Part shown: positions 1 through 8,328 of the stretch, piece after piece
Position numbering within the stretch: position 1 is the stretch's first letter
Layout: each line of letters opens with the position of its first letter
DNA from: Candidatus Eiseniibacteriota bacterium
Lineage (GTDB): Bacteria; Eisenbacteria; RBG-16-71-46
Assembly: GCA_044223005.1 (NCBI GenBank)
Contig: JBGAML010000003.1
Location: 256,001-320,000, forward strand
Length of the DNA stretch: 64,000 nt
Direction: 5' to 3'
Notes under the pieces: generated by a model
Told to the model about the DNA's origin: nothing
The model's database searches: none
The model's input: the letters and a program-made list of their open reading frames with translations, nothing else
Made by a program: the position numbers and the translations under genes

Positions 1-2
1 TT

Positions 3-335
3 CCCGACGCCTTCGCGCAGGGCGCGGCCGCGCCCGCTCCGAGCGGCCCGCTCGCGCAGTTCTTCGGTGGTCCGATGTCCACCGTGGTCATGTTCGGGCT
101 CATGTTCGCGATCATGTACTTCCTTCTCATCCGGCCGCAGGCGCAGGAGAAGAAGAAGCTCGAGAGCGCGATCGACAAGCTCCAGAAGGGCGACAAGGTG
201 CTCACGACCAGTGGCATCGTCGCGACGGTCGTCTCGATCGACAAGAACCGCGCCCTGCTGCGCATCTCCGAGGACGTGAAGGTCGAGTTCGTGCGCAGCG
301 CGATCGCGCAGGTCCTCGCCAACGAGAAGAGCTGA
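3..335 (+). CDS. yajC: Preprotein translocase subunit YajC (5'-truncated by window edge)
   Basis: MYFLLIRPQ...LQKGDKVLTTSGI...V motif. The frame is open back to position 3 (PDAFAQGAAAPAPSGP...). Confidence 0.93.
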   Translation, partial: PDAFAQGAAAPAPSGPLAQFFGGPMSTVVMFGLMFAIMYFLLIRPQAQEKKKLESAIDKLQKGDKVLTTSGIVATVVSIDKNRALLRISEDVKVEFVRSAIAQVLANEKS

Positions 336-337
336 CC

Positions 338-892
338 GTGTCCGTACGTCCCGTCCGCATCTACGGCGATCCCGTCCTGAAGCAGAAGGCCGCGGACGTC
401 ACGTCGTTCGACGACTCGCTCCGCGCGCTGGTGGCCGACCTGTTCGACACCATGAAGGCGTACCGCGGTGTCGGGCTGGCCGCGCCCCAGGTGGGCGTGG
501 CGCAGCGCGTGTTCGTCGTGGACGTGCCGCAGGAGGGCGGGACGCGCGAGACGTTCGCAGTGATCAATCCGGTGCTCGACCAGCGCGACGGCAAGGAATC
601 GGCCGAGGAAGGCTGTCTCTCGATGCCGGGCATCTACGAGGACGTCCAGCGCTCGTTCGCGCTGCGACTGCGCGCGTTCGACGAGCACGGTCAGCCGTTC
701 GAGAAGGTGGTCGACGGCTACCTCGCGCGCGCGATCCAGCACGAGTCCGATCACCTGGACGGCGTGTTGTTCACCGACCGGCTCTCGCCGCTCAAGCGGC
801 GGCTGCTCCGCCGGCAGCTCGACGCGCTCGCGCGCGGCGAGGTGCCCGAGGGCTACCACCCCGGGACCGGTGACGGGGAGCCGTCGCTCTGA
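338..892 (+). CDS. def: Peptide deformylase
   Basis: GVGLAAPQVG, EGCLS and QHESDHLDG motifs. Confidence 0.97.
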   Translation: MSVRPVRIYGDPVLKQKAADVTSFDDSLRALVADLFDTMKAYRGVGLAAPQVGVAQRVFVVDVPQEGGTRETFAVINPVLDQRDGKESAEEGCLSMPGIYEDVQRSFALRLRAFDEHGQPFEKVVDGYLARAIQHESDHLDGVLFTDRLSPLKRRLLRRQLDALARGEVPEGYHPGTGDGEPSL

Positions 893-1836
893 AACCGCGC
901 GTCGTGTTCATGGGCACGCCGGAGTTCTCGGTGCCCGCGCTGCGCGCGGTCGCGGAGCGCTGCGAGGTCGTGCGCGTCGTGACGCAGCCCGACCGGCCCG
1001 CAGGCCGCGGTCGCGCGATGGCCGAATCGGCGGTCGCGCGCGAGGCGGCGGCGCTGGGGCTGCCCGTGGACAAGCCCGAGGACATGAAGTCCGCCGGCGT
1101 ACGCGACCGGCTCGCCGCCGACGCGGCCGACGTGTTCGCGGTGGTGGCGTTCGGCGCGATCCTCACGCCGGCGCTGCTGGCGTTGCCGCGCGCCGGCTGC
1201 CTCAACCTGCACGGGTCGGTGCTGCCGGACTATCGCGGGGCCTCGCCGGTGCAGCGCGCGCTGTGGGACGGCCGCGCCGAGAGCGGCGTGTGCACGATCT
1301 TCATGGACGACGGCATCGACACGGGCGACGTGGTGCTGGTGGCGCGCGAACCGATCCGCGACGACGACGACGCGGCGACGCTGGCGACGCGGCTCGCCGC
1401 GCTCGGCGGGCCGCTGCTCGCGGAGAGTTGCGTGCTGGCGCACGAGGGCCGCGCGCCGCGTGCGCCGCAGGACCGTTCCGCGGGCTCGTACGCGAAGAAG
1501 TTGAAGAAGTCGGACGGCGCCGTGGACTGGGCGCTGCCGGCGACGACGATCTGGCATCGGGCGCGTGCGGTGACGCCGTGGCCGGGTGCGACCGCGGGAC
1601 ACGCGGGCCGCCGGCTGCTGCTGCTGGCGTCGACGCCCGAGGCGGGCCGGGGAGAACCCGGCGAAGTGATCGAAGTGAGTGGGGACGGGGTGGTGGTGGC
1701 GTGCGGCGACGGAGCGTTGCGCGTTCGACAGGTGAAGCCCGAAGGCCGTTCGGCCCTCGCGGCTTCGGATTGGGCGCGTGGTGCGCGTCTTTCGCCGGGC
1801 GATCGCCTGGCAGGTGGAAAGGAGTTCTCGTCGTGA
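889..1836 (+). CDS. fmt: Methionyl-tRNA formyltransferase (probable CTG start at 889; GTG 904 is the alternative)
   Basis: RVVFMGTPEF, VVTQPDRPAGRG, NLHGSVLPDYRGASP and DGIDTGD motifs; follows def. Confidence 0.95.
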   Translation: MKPRVVFMGTPEFSVPALRAVAERCEVVRVVTQPDRPAGRGRAMAESAVAREAAALGLPVDKPEDMKSAGVRDRLAADAADVFAVVAFGAILTPALLALPRAGCLNLHGSVLPDYRGASPVQRALWDGRAESGVCTIFMDDGIDTGDVVLVAREPIRDDDDAATLATRLAALGGPLLAESCVLAHEGRAPRAPQDRSAGSYAKKLKKSDGAVDWALPATTIWHRARAVTPWPGATAGHAGRRLLLLASTPEAGRGEPGEVIEVSGDGVVVACGDGALRVRQVKPEGRSALAASDWARGARLSPGDRLAGGKEFSS

Positions 1837-4328
1837 GTGAAGCACGCCGTCCTTCTGGCGGTTCCCGCGCCCCGCGCGGTCCCCGCGTCGGGGCTGGTCG
1901 CCCCGATGCCGCGCCCCGGGGGCGCGCCCCGCGCCGCGAAGGCGACTCGCCGCGTGGGCGCTCGTTCGATCGCGCGCCGCGTTCCGGTGATGCGCCGCGT
2001 GGGCGCTCGTTCGATCACGCGCCGCGTTCCGGTGATGCGCCGCGTGGGCGCTCGTTCGATCGCGCGCCGCGTTCCGGTGATGCGCCGCGTGGGCGCTCGT
2101 TCGATCGCGCGCCGCGTTCCGGTGATGCGCCGCGTGGGCGCTCGTTCGATCGCGCGCCGCGTTCCGGTGATGCCCCGCGCGGGCGCTCGTTCGATCGCGC
2201 GCCGCGTTCCGGTGATGCCCCGCGTGGGCGTTCGTTCGATCGCGCGCCGCGCACGTTCGACCGCGGCCCGCGCCGCGAGGGTGATTCGCGTCCGCCGCGC
2301 ACGTTCGACCGCGGCCCGCGCCGCGAGGGTGATTCGCGTCCGCCGCGCACGTTCGACCGCGGCCCGCGCCGCGAGGGTGACGCGCGTCCGCCGCGCACGT
2401 TCGATCGCGGCCCGCGCCGCGAGGGTGACGCGCGTCCGCCGCGCACGTTCGACCGTGGCCCGCGTCGCGAGGGCGATGCCCGTCCGCCGCGCACGTTCGA
2501 TCGCGGCCCGCGCCGCGAGGGCGACGCGCGTCCGCCGCGCACGTTCGATCGCGGCCCGCGCCGCGAGGGCGACGCGCGTCCGTCGCGCACGTTCGATCGC
2601 GGCCCGCGCCGCGAGGGCGATGCGCGTCCGCCGCGCACGTTCGATCGCGGCCCGCGGCGCGAGGGCGACGCGCGTCCGCCGCGCACGTTCGATCGCGGTC
2701 CGCGCCGCGAGGGTGACGCGCGTCCGCCGCGCCCGTTCGACCGCGGCCCGCGCCGCGAGGGCGACGCACCGCGCCGCAGCTTCACTCCGCGCGGTGACGA
2801 CCAGGCCGGTGCCGTCAACCGCTCGCGCATGCCCTACAGCGAGATGCCCGCGCCGCGCACGCGCTGGCGGCGCGATGGCCGCCCGTCGCCGGCGACGCCG
2901 TTCCGTTCGCCGCGCGGCGCCGAGGCGCCGGAGAACGGAGCGCACCCGCCGCGCACCAGCGCGCGCCGTCCGTTCGCGGGTCCCGCCGAAGGGCCCAACT
3001 CGCCTCTGCCGTCCGATCCGCGCGAGGCGGCGCTGCGGATCCTGCACGCGGTCGACACGCGCGGCGCATTCAGCGACCGGCTGCTCGACTCCGCGCACGC
3101 ACGCGGCGGTGACCCGCGTGACGCGTCGCTGCTCCACGAACTGGTGAAGGGCGCGCTGCGCTGGCGCAACCGGCTCGACTGGGCGCTCGACCAGCGCGTG
3201 CACATCGGCCTCCCGGCCGTGCAGCCGTGGATCCGCAACATCCTCCGTCTCGGCGCCTACCAGATCCTCATGCTGGACCGGATCCCGATGCACGCGGCGG
3301 TCGACGAGTCGGTGAAGCTCGCGCACAAGTACGGGCACCCGGGCGCCGCGGGGCTCGTCAACAGCGTGCTGCGCCGGCTGTCCGAGGAACGCGAGACGCT
3401 GACGTGGCCCGAGGGCGACGACGTCGCCTCGCTCGCCGTCTGGGGCTCGCATCCCGAGTGGCTCGTCGAGCGCTGGCTCGCGCGCTTCGGGCTCGAGGAC
3501 ACGCGCGCGCTGCTCATGGCCAACAACCGTCCGGTGCCGACGGGGCTGCGTGTCAACGGCATCAAGGCTTCGCGCGAACAGCTCGTGGCCCACCTGCAGC
3601 GCGAGGAGGTCGAGGCCCGGCTCGCCGAGCTGTCGCCCGACCTCGTCTGGGTCGACGGGCATCACGCGCCCGGAGCGCTCAAGGCGTTCCGCGACGGCTG
3701 GTGCACCGCGCAGGACGAGAGCGAGTCGCTGGTCGGCCGCGTGGTCGCGCCGCTGAAGCACGAGCGGCTGCTCGACCTCTGTGCGGCTCCGGGCGGCAAG
3801 AGCACGCACCTCGCCGAGCTGATCGGCGACGAAGGCGAAGTCTGGGCCATGGAGCGGGACGCGCATCGCGTCGCTTCGCTCGAGGCCACGATCACGCGCC
3901 TGGGCGTGCACGCAGTGCACGTGGTGCACGGCGACGGGCGCACGTACGCGTTCCCGATGCCGTTCGACCGCGTGCTGGTGGACGCGCCGTGCTCGGGGCT
4001 GGGCGTGCTCGGCCGCCGGGCCGACGCGCGCTGGCGCAAGGGCCCCGAAGTGCTGGTCGAGATGCCCGAGGTGCAGCTCGAGCTGCTCGACGCGGCGTCG
4101 CGGCGCGTCGTGCCGGGCGGGCTGCTCGTCTACAGCGTGTGCAGCTTCGAGCCCGAGGAGACCGATCACGTGATCGAGCGCTTCCTCGCGACGCACCCGA
4201 ACTTCACGCGCGAGAGTGTCGCGGGCGTGGCTCCCGACGCGGTCGTGACGCCCGAGGGCACCATGCGCGTGCTGCCGCACGCGCACGGCTGCGACGGCGC
4301 GTTCGCGGCCCGGCTGCGCAAGGCATGA
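1833..4328 (+). CDS. rsmB: 16S rRNA m5C967 methyltransferase RsmB (Sun) with long repetitive Arg-rich N-terminal extension
   Basis: GTG overlaps the fmt stop, with AAGGAG upstream. NusB-like domain (ILRLGAYQIL, AAVDESVKLA), then DLCAAPGGKS, DAPCSGLG and YSVCS motifs. Confidence 0.92.
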   Translation: MSEARRPSGGSRAPRGPRVGAGRPDAAPRGRAPRREGDSPRGRSFDRAPRSGDAPRGRSFDHAPRSGDAPRGRSFDRAPRSGDAPRGRSFDRAPRSGDAPRGRSFDRAPRSGDAPRGRSFDRAPRSGDAPRGRSFDRAPRTFDRGPRREGDSRPPRTFDRGPRREGDSRPPRTFDRGPRREGDARPPRTFDRGPRREGDARPPRTFDRGPRREGDARPPRTFDRGPRREGDARPPRTFDRGPRREGDARPSRTFDRGPRREGDARPPRTFDRGPRREGDARPPRTFDRGPRREGDARPPRPFDRGPRREGDAPRRSFTPRGDDQAGAVNRSRMPYSEMPAPRTRWRRDGRPSPATPFRSPRGAEAPENGAHPPRTSARRPFAGPAEGPNSPLPSDPREAALRILHAVDTRGAFSDRLLDSAHARGGDPRDASLLHELVKGALRWRNRLDWALDQRVHIGLPAVQPWIRNILRLGAYQILMLDRIPMHAAVDESVKLAHKYGHPGAAGLVNSVLRRLSEERETLTWPEGDDVASLAVWGSHPEWLVERWLARFGLEDTRALLMANNRPVPTGLRVNGIKASREQLVAHLQREEVEARLAELSPDLVWVDGHHAPGALKAFRDGWCTAQDESESLVGRVVAPLKHERLLDLCAAPGGKSTHLAELIGDEGEVWAMERDAHRVASLEATITRLGVHAVHVVHGDGRTYAFPMPFDRVLVDAPCSGLGVLGRRADARWRKGPEVLVEMPEVQLELLDAASRRVVPGGLLVYSVCSFEPEETDHVIERFLATHPNFTRESVAGVAPDAVVTPEGTMRVLPHAHGCDGAFAARLRKA
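1951..2250 (+). repeat. Coding tandem repeat, 45-nt unit x ~6.7 (peptide PRGRSFDRAPRSGDA)
   Basis: Unit CGCGTGGGCGCTCGTTCGATCGCGCGCCGCGTTCCGGTGATGCGC recurs at 1951, 1996, 2041, 2086, 2131, 2176 and 2221 (partial). Confidence 0.95.
2245..2772 (+). repeat. Coding tandem repeat, 48-nt unit x ~11 (peptide PPRTFDRGPRREGDAR)
   Basis: Near-identical 48-nt units that differ mainly at synonymous positions, in frame within rsmB. Confidence 0.95.
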
Positions 4329-5089
4329 GCGACGCCCCGGAGCCCGCACCCGAACGCGTGCGCAAGCACCGCGTCCGCGACACGGCGATCCTCGCCGTGG
4401 TCGCGGTGGCGGCGTTCGTGGTCGGGCTCGGGCTCTTCAACGGGGTGCTCATGCCGCGGCTGATCCACGGCGGCGGCGAGGTGCCGGTGCCCGACCTCAT
4501 CAACCTCACGCTGCCACAGGCGGAGAAGGCGCTCGGGCAGAGCGGCCTCGCGCTTTCGCGCGCGGGCGAGCGGTTCGACGCGGCGGTGCCGCGGGGTTTC
4601 ATCCTCGCGCAGGACCCGCCGGCGGGCACACCGGTGCGCGGCCGGACGCGCGTGCTCGTCACCGTGAGCATGGGCGAGGAGTTCAGCTCGGTGCCCGAGC
4701 TCTTCGGCGAGTCGCGCCGCAGCGCGCAGCTGCTGCTCGAACGCGCCGGGCTCGCGTTCGCGGGCGTGACCCGCGCGCCGAGCGAGGAGGTCGGCCAGGA
4801 CCTCGTCGTGGCCTCCGATCCGCCCGCCGAATCGGTGCTGCCGCGCGGCACGGCGGTGGCGCTGCTCGTCTCCACGGGTCCCGGGCCCGAGGAGTTCGTG
4901 ATGCCGGATCTCGGCGGCCGCGAGCTGAACGGCGCGCGGCGCCAGCTCGAGGCGCTCGGCTTCAAGGTGCTCGTGCCGCCGGGTGCGCCCAACGTCGGCG
5001 CGATCGTGTCGCAGTCGCCGCCGCCGGGCGCACGCGTCACCAGCGACACGCAGGTCGTGCTGCAGGCGATGGGCCGAGTGATCCGCTGA
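4325..5089 (+). CDS. Membrane-anchored PASTA-domain protein (3 PASTA repeats)
   Basis: ATG overlaps the rsmB stop. N-terminal TM helix, then VPDLINLT, VPELFGES and MPDLGGRE repeats with QDPPAG/QSPPPG. Confidence 0.88.
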   Translation: MSDAPEPAPERVRKHRVRDTAILAVVAVAAFVVGLGLFNGVLMPRLIHGGGEVPVPDLINLTLPQAEKALGQSGLALSRAGERFDAAVPRGFILAQDPPAGTPVRGRTRVLVTVSMGEEFSSVPELFGESRRSAQLLLERAGLAFAGVTRAPSEEVGQDLVVASDPPAESVLPRGTAVALLVSTGPGPEEFVMPDLGGRELNGARRQLEALGFKVLVPPGAPNVGAIVSQSPPPGARVTSDTQVVLQAMGRVIR

Positions 5090-5150
5090 GCGGCCCCGGC
5101 CGGAGCCGGTGCCCTTGCGCCTCCGCGGCGCATCGCGCACCCTCGCGGCC

Positions 5151-5816
5151 ATGACCGCTCGCCCCCCGATCGTCGCGCCCAGCATCCTCTCCGCCGACCT
5201 CGCCCGGCTGCCGCAGGCCCTCGCGCTGCTCGATCCCGCGCGCGACTGGGTGCACTGCGACGTCATGGACAACCACTTCGTGCCCAATCTCACGTTCGGG
5301 CCGATGGTGGTGGCCGCGGCGCGTTCGCTCACGACCGCGTTCGTGGACGTGCATCTCATGATGGAACGGCCGTGGGGCATGGTGGAGGAGTTCCGCAAGG
5401 CCGGCGCGGACCTCGTCACCGTGCATCTCGAGGCCTGCCCGCAGACGCGCGAGACGCTGCGCCAGGTGCGCGCGACCGGTGCGAAGGCCGGACTGGCGAT
5501 CAAGCCCGCGACGCCGTTCGCGGCCGTCGCGCCCTACCTGCCGGACCTCGACCTGCTCCTCGTGATGACCGTCGAGCCCGGCTTCGGCGGCCAGTCGTTC
5601 ATGCCCGACATGATGGACAAGGTGCGCGCCGCGGTGGCGGAGCGCGCGAAGCACTCGCTGTCGTTCGTGATCGAGGTCGACGGCGGCATCCACGACGCGA
5701 CGGCCCGCGAGGCACGCGCCGCGGGGGCCGACGTGTTCGTGGCCGGCCACGCGGTGTTCCGCGCGAGCGATCCGGCCGCGGCGCTCGCCGGTCTCCGGAG
5801 CGCCGTCGCGTCCTGA
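5151..5816 (+). CDS. rpe: Ribulose-phosphate 3-epimerase
   Basis: APSILSAD, HCDVMDNHFVPNLTFG, MTVEPGFGGQ and EVDGGI motifs. Confidence 0.97.
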   Translation: MTARPPIVAPSILSADLARLPQALALLDPARDWVHCDVMDNHFVPNLTFGPMVVAAARSLTTAFVDVHLMMERPWGMVEEFRKAGADLVTVHLEACPQTRETLRQVRATGAKAGLAIKPATPFAAVAPYLPDLDLLLVMTVEPGFGGQSFMPDMMDKVRAAVAERAKHSLSFVIEVDGGIHDATAREARAAGADVFVAGHAVFRASDPAAALAGLRSAVAS

Positions 5817-5895
5817 CCGCCGCCGCGGTTGAACCCGCGGCGCAGCCACGGCACACTTGAGATCGCTGCCGCACGTCGCGGCGCGCGGAGACTGC

Positions 5896-6531
5896 ATGCC
5901 CGACGGCCCGTCGCCCTCCGGCGGTCCCGAGCCCCCGGCACGGCCGGGCGCCCCGGGGCCGGCCGACCTCGAATCGACCGCCCTGCTGCTGGACCAGATC
6001 CGCGGCGGGAACGCCCGTGCGCGCGAGCGCCTCGTGGCCCGCTACCTGCCGATCCTCCGCCGCTGGGCGCACGGCCGGCTGCCGGCCGGGGCCCGGGGGC
6101 TCGCCGACACCGACGACCTCGTGCAGGTTTCGCTCCTCCGTGCGTTGGATCATGTGGACGGGTTCGAGATCCGGCGCGAGGGGGCGTTCCTGGCCTACCT
6201 GCGGCGGATCCTCGTGAACGCCGTCCGCGACGAGATCCGCCGCTCGGTCCGGCGCCCCAGCGAATCGCTGGAGGGCCACGAGCCGGTGGCGGATGCCCCG
6301 TCGCTCATCGAGAAGCAGATCGGGCGCGAGATCGTCGAGAGCTACGAGGCCGCCCTGGCTCACCTCACGGAGGCGCAGCAGGAGGCCGTGATCATGCGGC
6401 TCGAGTTCGGCTACGACTACCCGCGCATCGCCGAGGCTCTCGGCAGCGGATCGCCGAACGCCGCGCGCATGCTCGTGACACGTGGGCTCGTCCGGCTGGC
6501 GGAGGAGATGGATGTCCACCGAGAACCCTGA
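5896..6531 (+). CDS. ECF RNA polymerase sigma factor (kinase-associated type)
   Basis: Region 2 (ARERLVARYLP...DTDDLVQ...FLAYLRRILVNAVRD) and region 4 HTH (QEAVIMRLEFGYDYPRIAEALG). Confidence 0.9.
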   Translation: MPDGPSPSGGPEPPARPGAPGPADLESTALLLDQIRGGNARARERLVARYLPILRRWAHGRLPAGARGLADTDDLVQVSLLRALDHVDGFEIRREGAFLAYLRRILVNAVRDEIRRSVRRPSESLEGHEPVADAPSLIEKQIGREIVESYEAALAHLTEAQQEAVIMRLEFGYDYPRIAEALGSGSPNAARMLVTRGLVRLAEEMDVHREP

Positions 6532-8266
6532 TGCGCTGGCCGAATCCGCCGAACGCATCGCCGACGGCGGCACGGTCGACTGGGAGCGCCTGCGCCGCGA
6601 GGCGCCGGGCGAACTCGGCCGGCTCGAATCGCTGAGCCGCCTCGAGCGGCTCGCGACGGCGTGGCGCGAACTCGAAGGTGGCGCGGCGCCCGAGGGTGAC
6701 TCGGCGCCGGAGCCGCTCCTGCGCTGGGGCGATCTCGAGGCGATCGAGCGGCTCGGCGCGGGCAGCTTCGGCGACGTGTACCGCGCGTGGGACCCGGCGC
6801 TGCGGCGCGACGTGGCGCTCAAGCTGCGCCGCGACGGCGCGGCCGGCGATTCCGCGCGGCGCTGGCTCGACGAGGCGCGGCGGCTCGCGCGCGTGCGGCA
6901 CCCGAACGTGCTGCAGGTGTTCGGCGTCGACGTGCGCGACGGCATCGCCGGCCTCTGGACCGAACTCGTGCACGGCGAGACGCTCGAGCAGCTGCTGCTC
7001 GCGCGCGGCCGGTTCGGGGCCGAGGAGGCCGCGGCGATCGGGCGCGAACTCTGCCGCGCGCTCGCCGCGGTGCACGCCGCGGGGCTCGTGCACGGCGATC
7101 TCAAGCCGGGCAACGTCATGCGCGAGGACGGCGGCCGCATCGTGCTCATGGACTTCGGCTCCGGCTTCGAGCCCGACGACGCGGCGGCACCGGTGGCGAC
7201 CTCGCCGCTCGCGGCGGCGCCCGAGCGGCTCGCGGGTGATCCGGCGGGCCCCGCGTCGGATCTCTACTCGCTCGGCGTACTGCTCTTCCGGCTCGTCACC
7301 GCACGCTGGCCGGTCGAGGCCCCGACGCTCGAGGCGCTGCGCGCGCGGCACGCGGCGGGCGAGCGCGCGTCGCTGCGCGAGTTGCGCCCCGACCTGCCGA
7401 GCGCGTTCGTCGCCGCGGTCGAGTCCGCGCTCGCCGCCGACCCGGCGCGCCGCGTGGCCACGGCGGCGGACCTGGAGCGGCGACTGGGCGGCGCCGCGGC
7501 GCCGGTGCCGGCGCCGCCACGCGCGCAGCCGCGGGTGCGCGCGCGTGGCGTCGCCGCGTTCGCGGCGGTGGCCGCACTCGTCGCGGTCGCGTGGTTCGCG
7601 TGGCGTCCGCGGCCCGAGCTCCCGGCCCCCGCCGTCACGCGCGACGCCGCCGTCGCGACGCCCACGTCCGCGCCGGCGCCGGTGACGCCCGCGGCTCCGG
7701 TGTCCGGTCGTTCGCGCCCGCTCGCCGACGCGCGGCTCTGGCGGCTGCACGAGGGCGAACGCGAAGGGCTCTCGAGCGGTGGCGCCATCGCGCCCGGAGA
7801 CCACCTCTGGCTCGCGTACGAGGCCACGGAGCCGCTGCACGTCTACGTGCTCGACGAGGACGACCACGGCGAGACGTACGCGCTCTTTCCCGTCGCGGGG
7901 ACCGATCTCGCGAACCCGCTGCGCGCGCATCGCGCGTTGCGGCTGCCGGGCTCGCGCGAAGGTCGCGAGTTCGACTGGGTCGTGACGAGCGCCGGCGGGC
8001 GCGAGCAAGTGCTCGTCGTCGCGTCGCGCGTGCCGCTGCCCGTGCTGGACCGGCTCGTCGCCGCGGTGCCCGCCGCCGATTCCGCGCAGCCCGTGCGGTA
8101 CGCGGCCGTGGGCGAGGGCGCGATCGCGGCGCTGCGCGGCATCGGCGGCATGGCGCCGGCTCCGCCCGAAGCGCACGAGGGGCGCCTGGGCGCGCTGGCC
8201 CGCGAACTCGCGGCCCGGCCCGACTCGAGCGTCCGGGCGTGGCACCTGGTGCTCGCCGGGAAGTGA
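6512..8266 (+). CDS. Membrane Hanks-type Ser/Thr kinase with C-terminal extracytoplasmic DUF4384-like domain
   Basis: LGAGSFGDVY, VALK, HGDLKPGN, DFG and SDLYSLG motifs; TM helix (GVAAFAAVAALVAVAWFAW); GDHLWLAYE...HVYVLDED...YALFP resembles DUF4384. Confidence 0.88.
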   Translation: MSTENPDALAESAERIADGGTVDWERLRREAPGELGRLESLSRLERLATAWRELEGGAAPEGDSAPEPLLRWGDLEAIERLGAGSFGDVYRAWDPALRRDVALKLRRDGAAGDSARRWLDEARRLARVRHPNVLQVFGVDVRDGIAGLWTELVHGETLEQLLLARGRFGAEEAAAIGRELCRALAAVHAAGLVHGDLKPGNVMREDGGRIVLMDFGSGFEPDDAAAPVATSPLAAAPERLAGDPAGPASDLYSLGVLLFRLVTARWPVEAPTLEALRARHAAGERASLRELRPDLPSAFVAAVESALAADPARRVATAADLERRLGGAAAPVPAPPRAQPRVRARGVAAFAAVAALVAVAWFAWRPRPELPAPAVTRDAAVATPTSAPAPVTPAAPVSGRSRPLADARLWRLHEGEREGLSSGGAIAPGDHLWLAYEATEPLHVYVLDEDDHGETYALFPVAGTDLANPLRAHRALRLPGSREGREFDWVVTSAGGREQVLVVASRVPLPVLDRLVAAVPAADSAQPVRYAAVGEGAIAALRGIGGMAPAPPEAHEGRLGALARELAARPDSSVRAWHLVLAGK

Positions 8267-8328
8267 TCCCGGCCGGCCCCGTCGATTTCGCGCTTCGGGC
8301 GGCCGTTTCCCGCCGATAATCTCTCGCG

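Noticed and set aside
1951..2772. Tandem repeats as a CRISPR array
   Set aside because: The units are contiguous with no unique spacers, are multiples of 3, vary mainly at synonymous sites, and no cas genes are nearby. This is a coding repeat.
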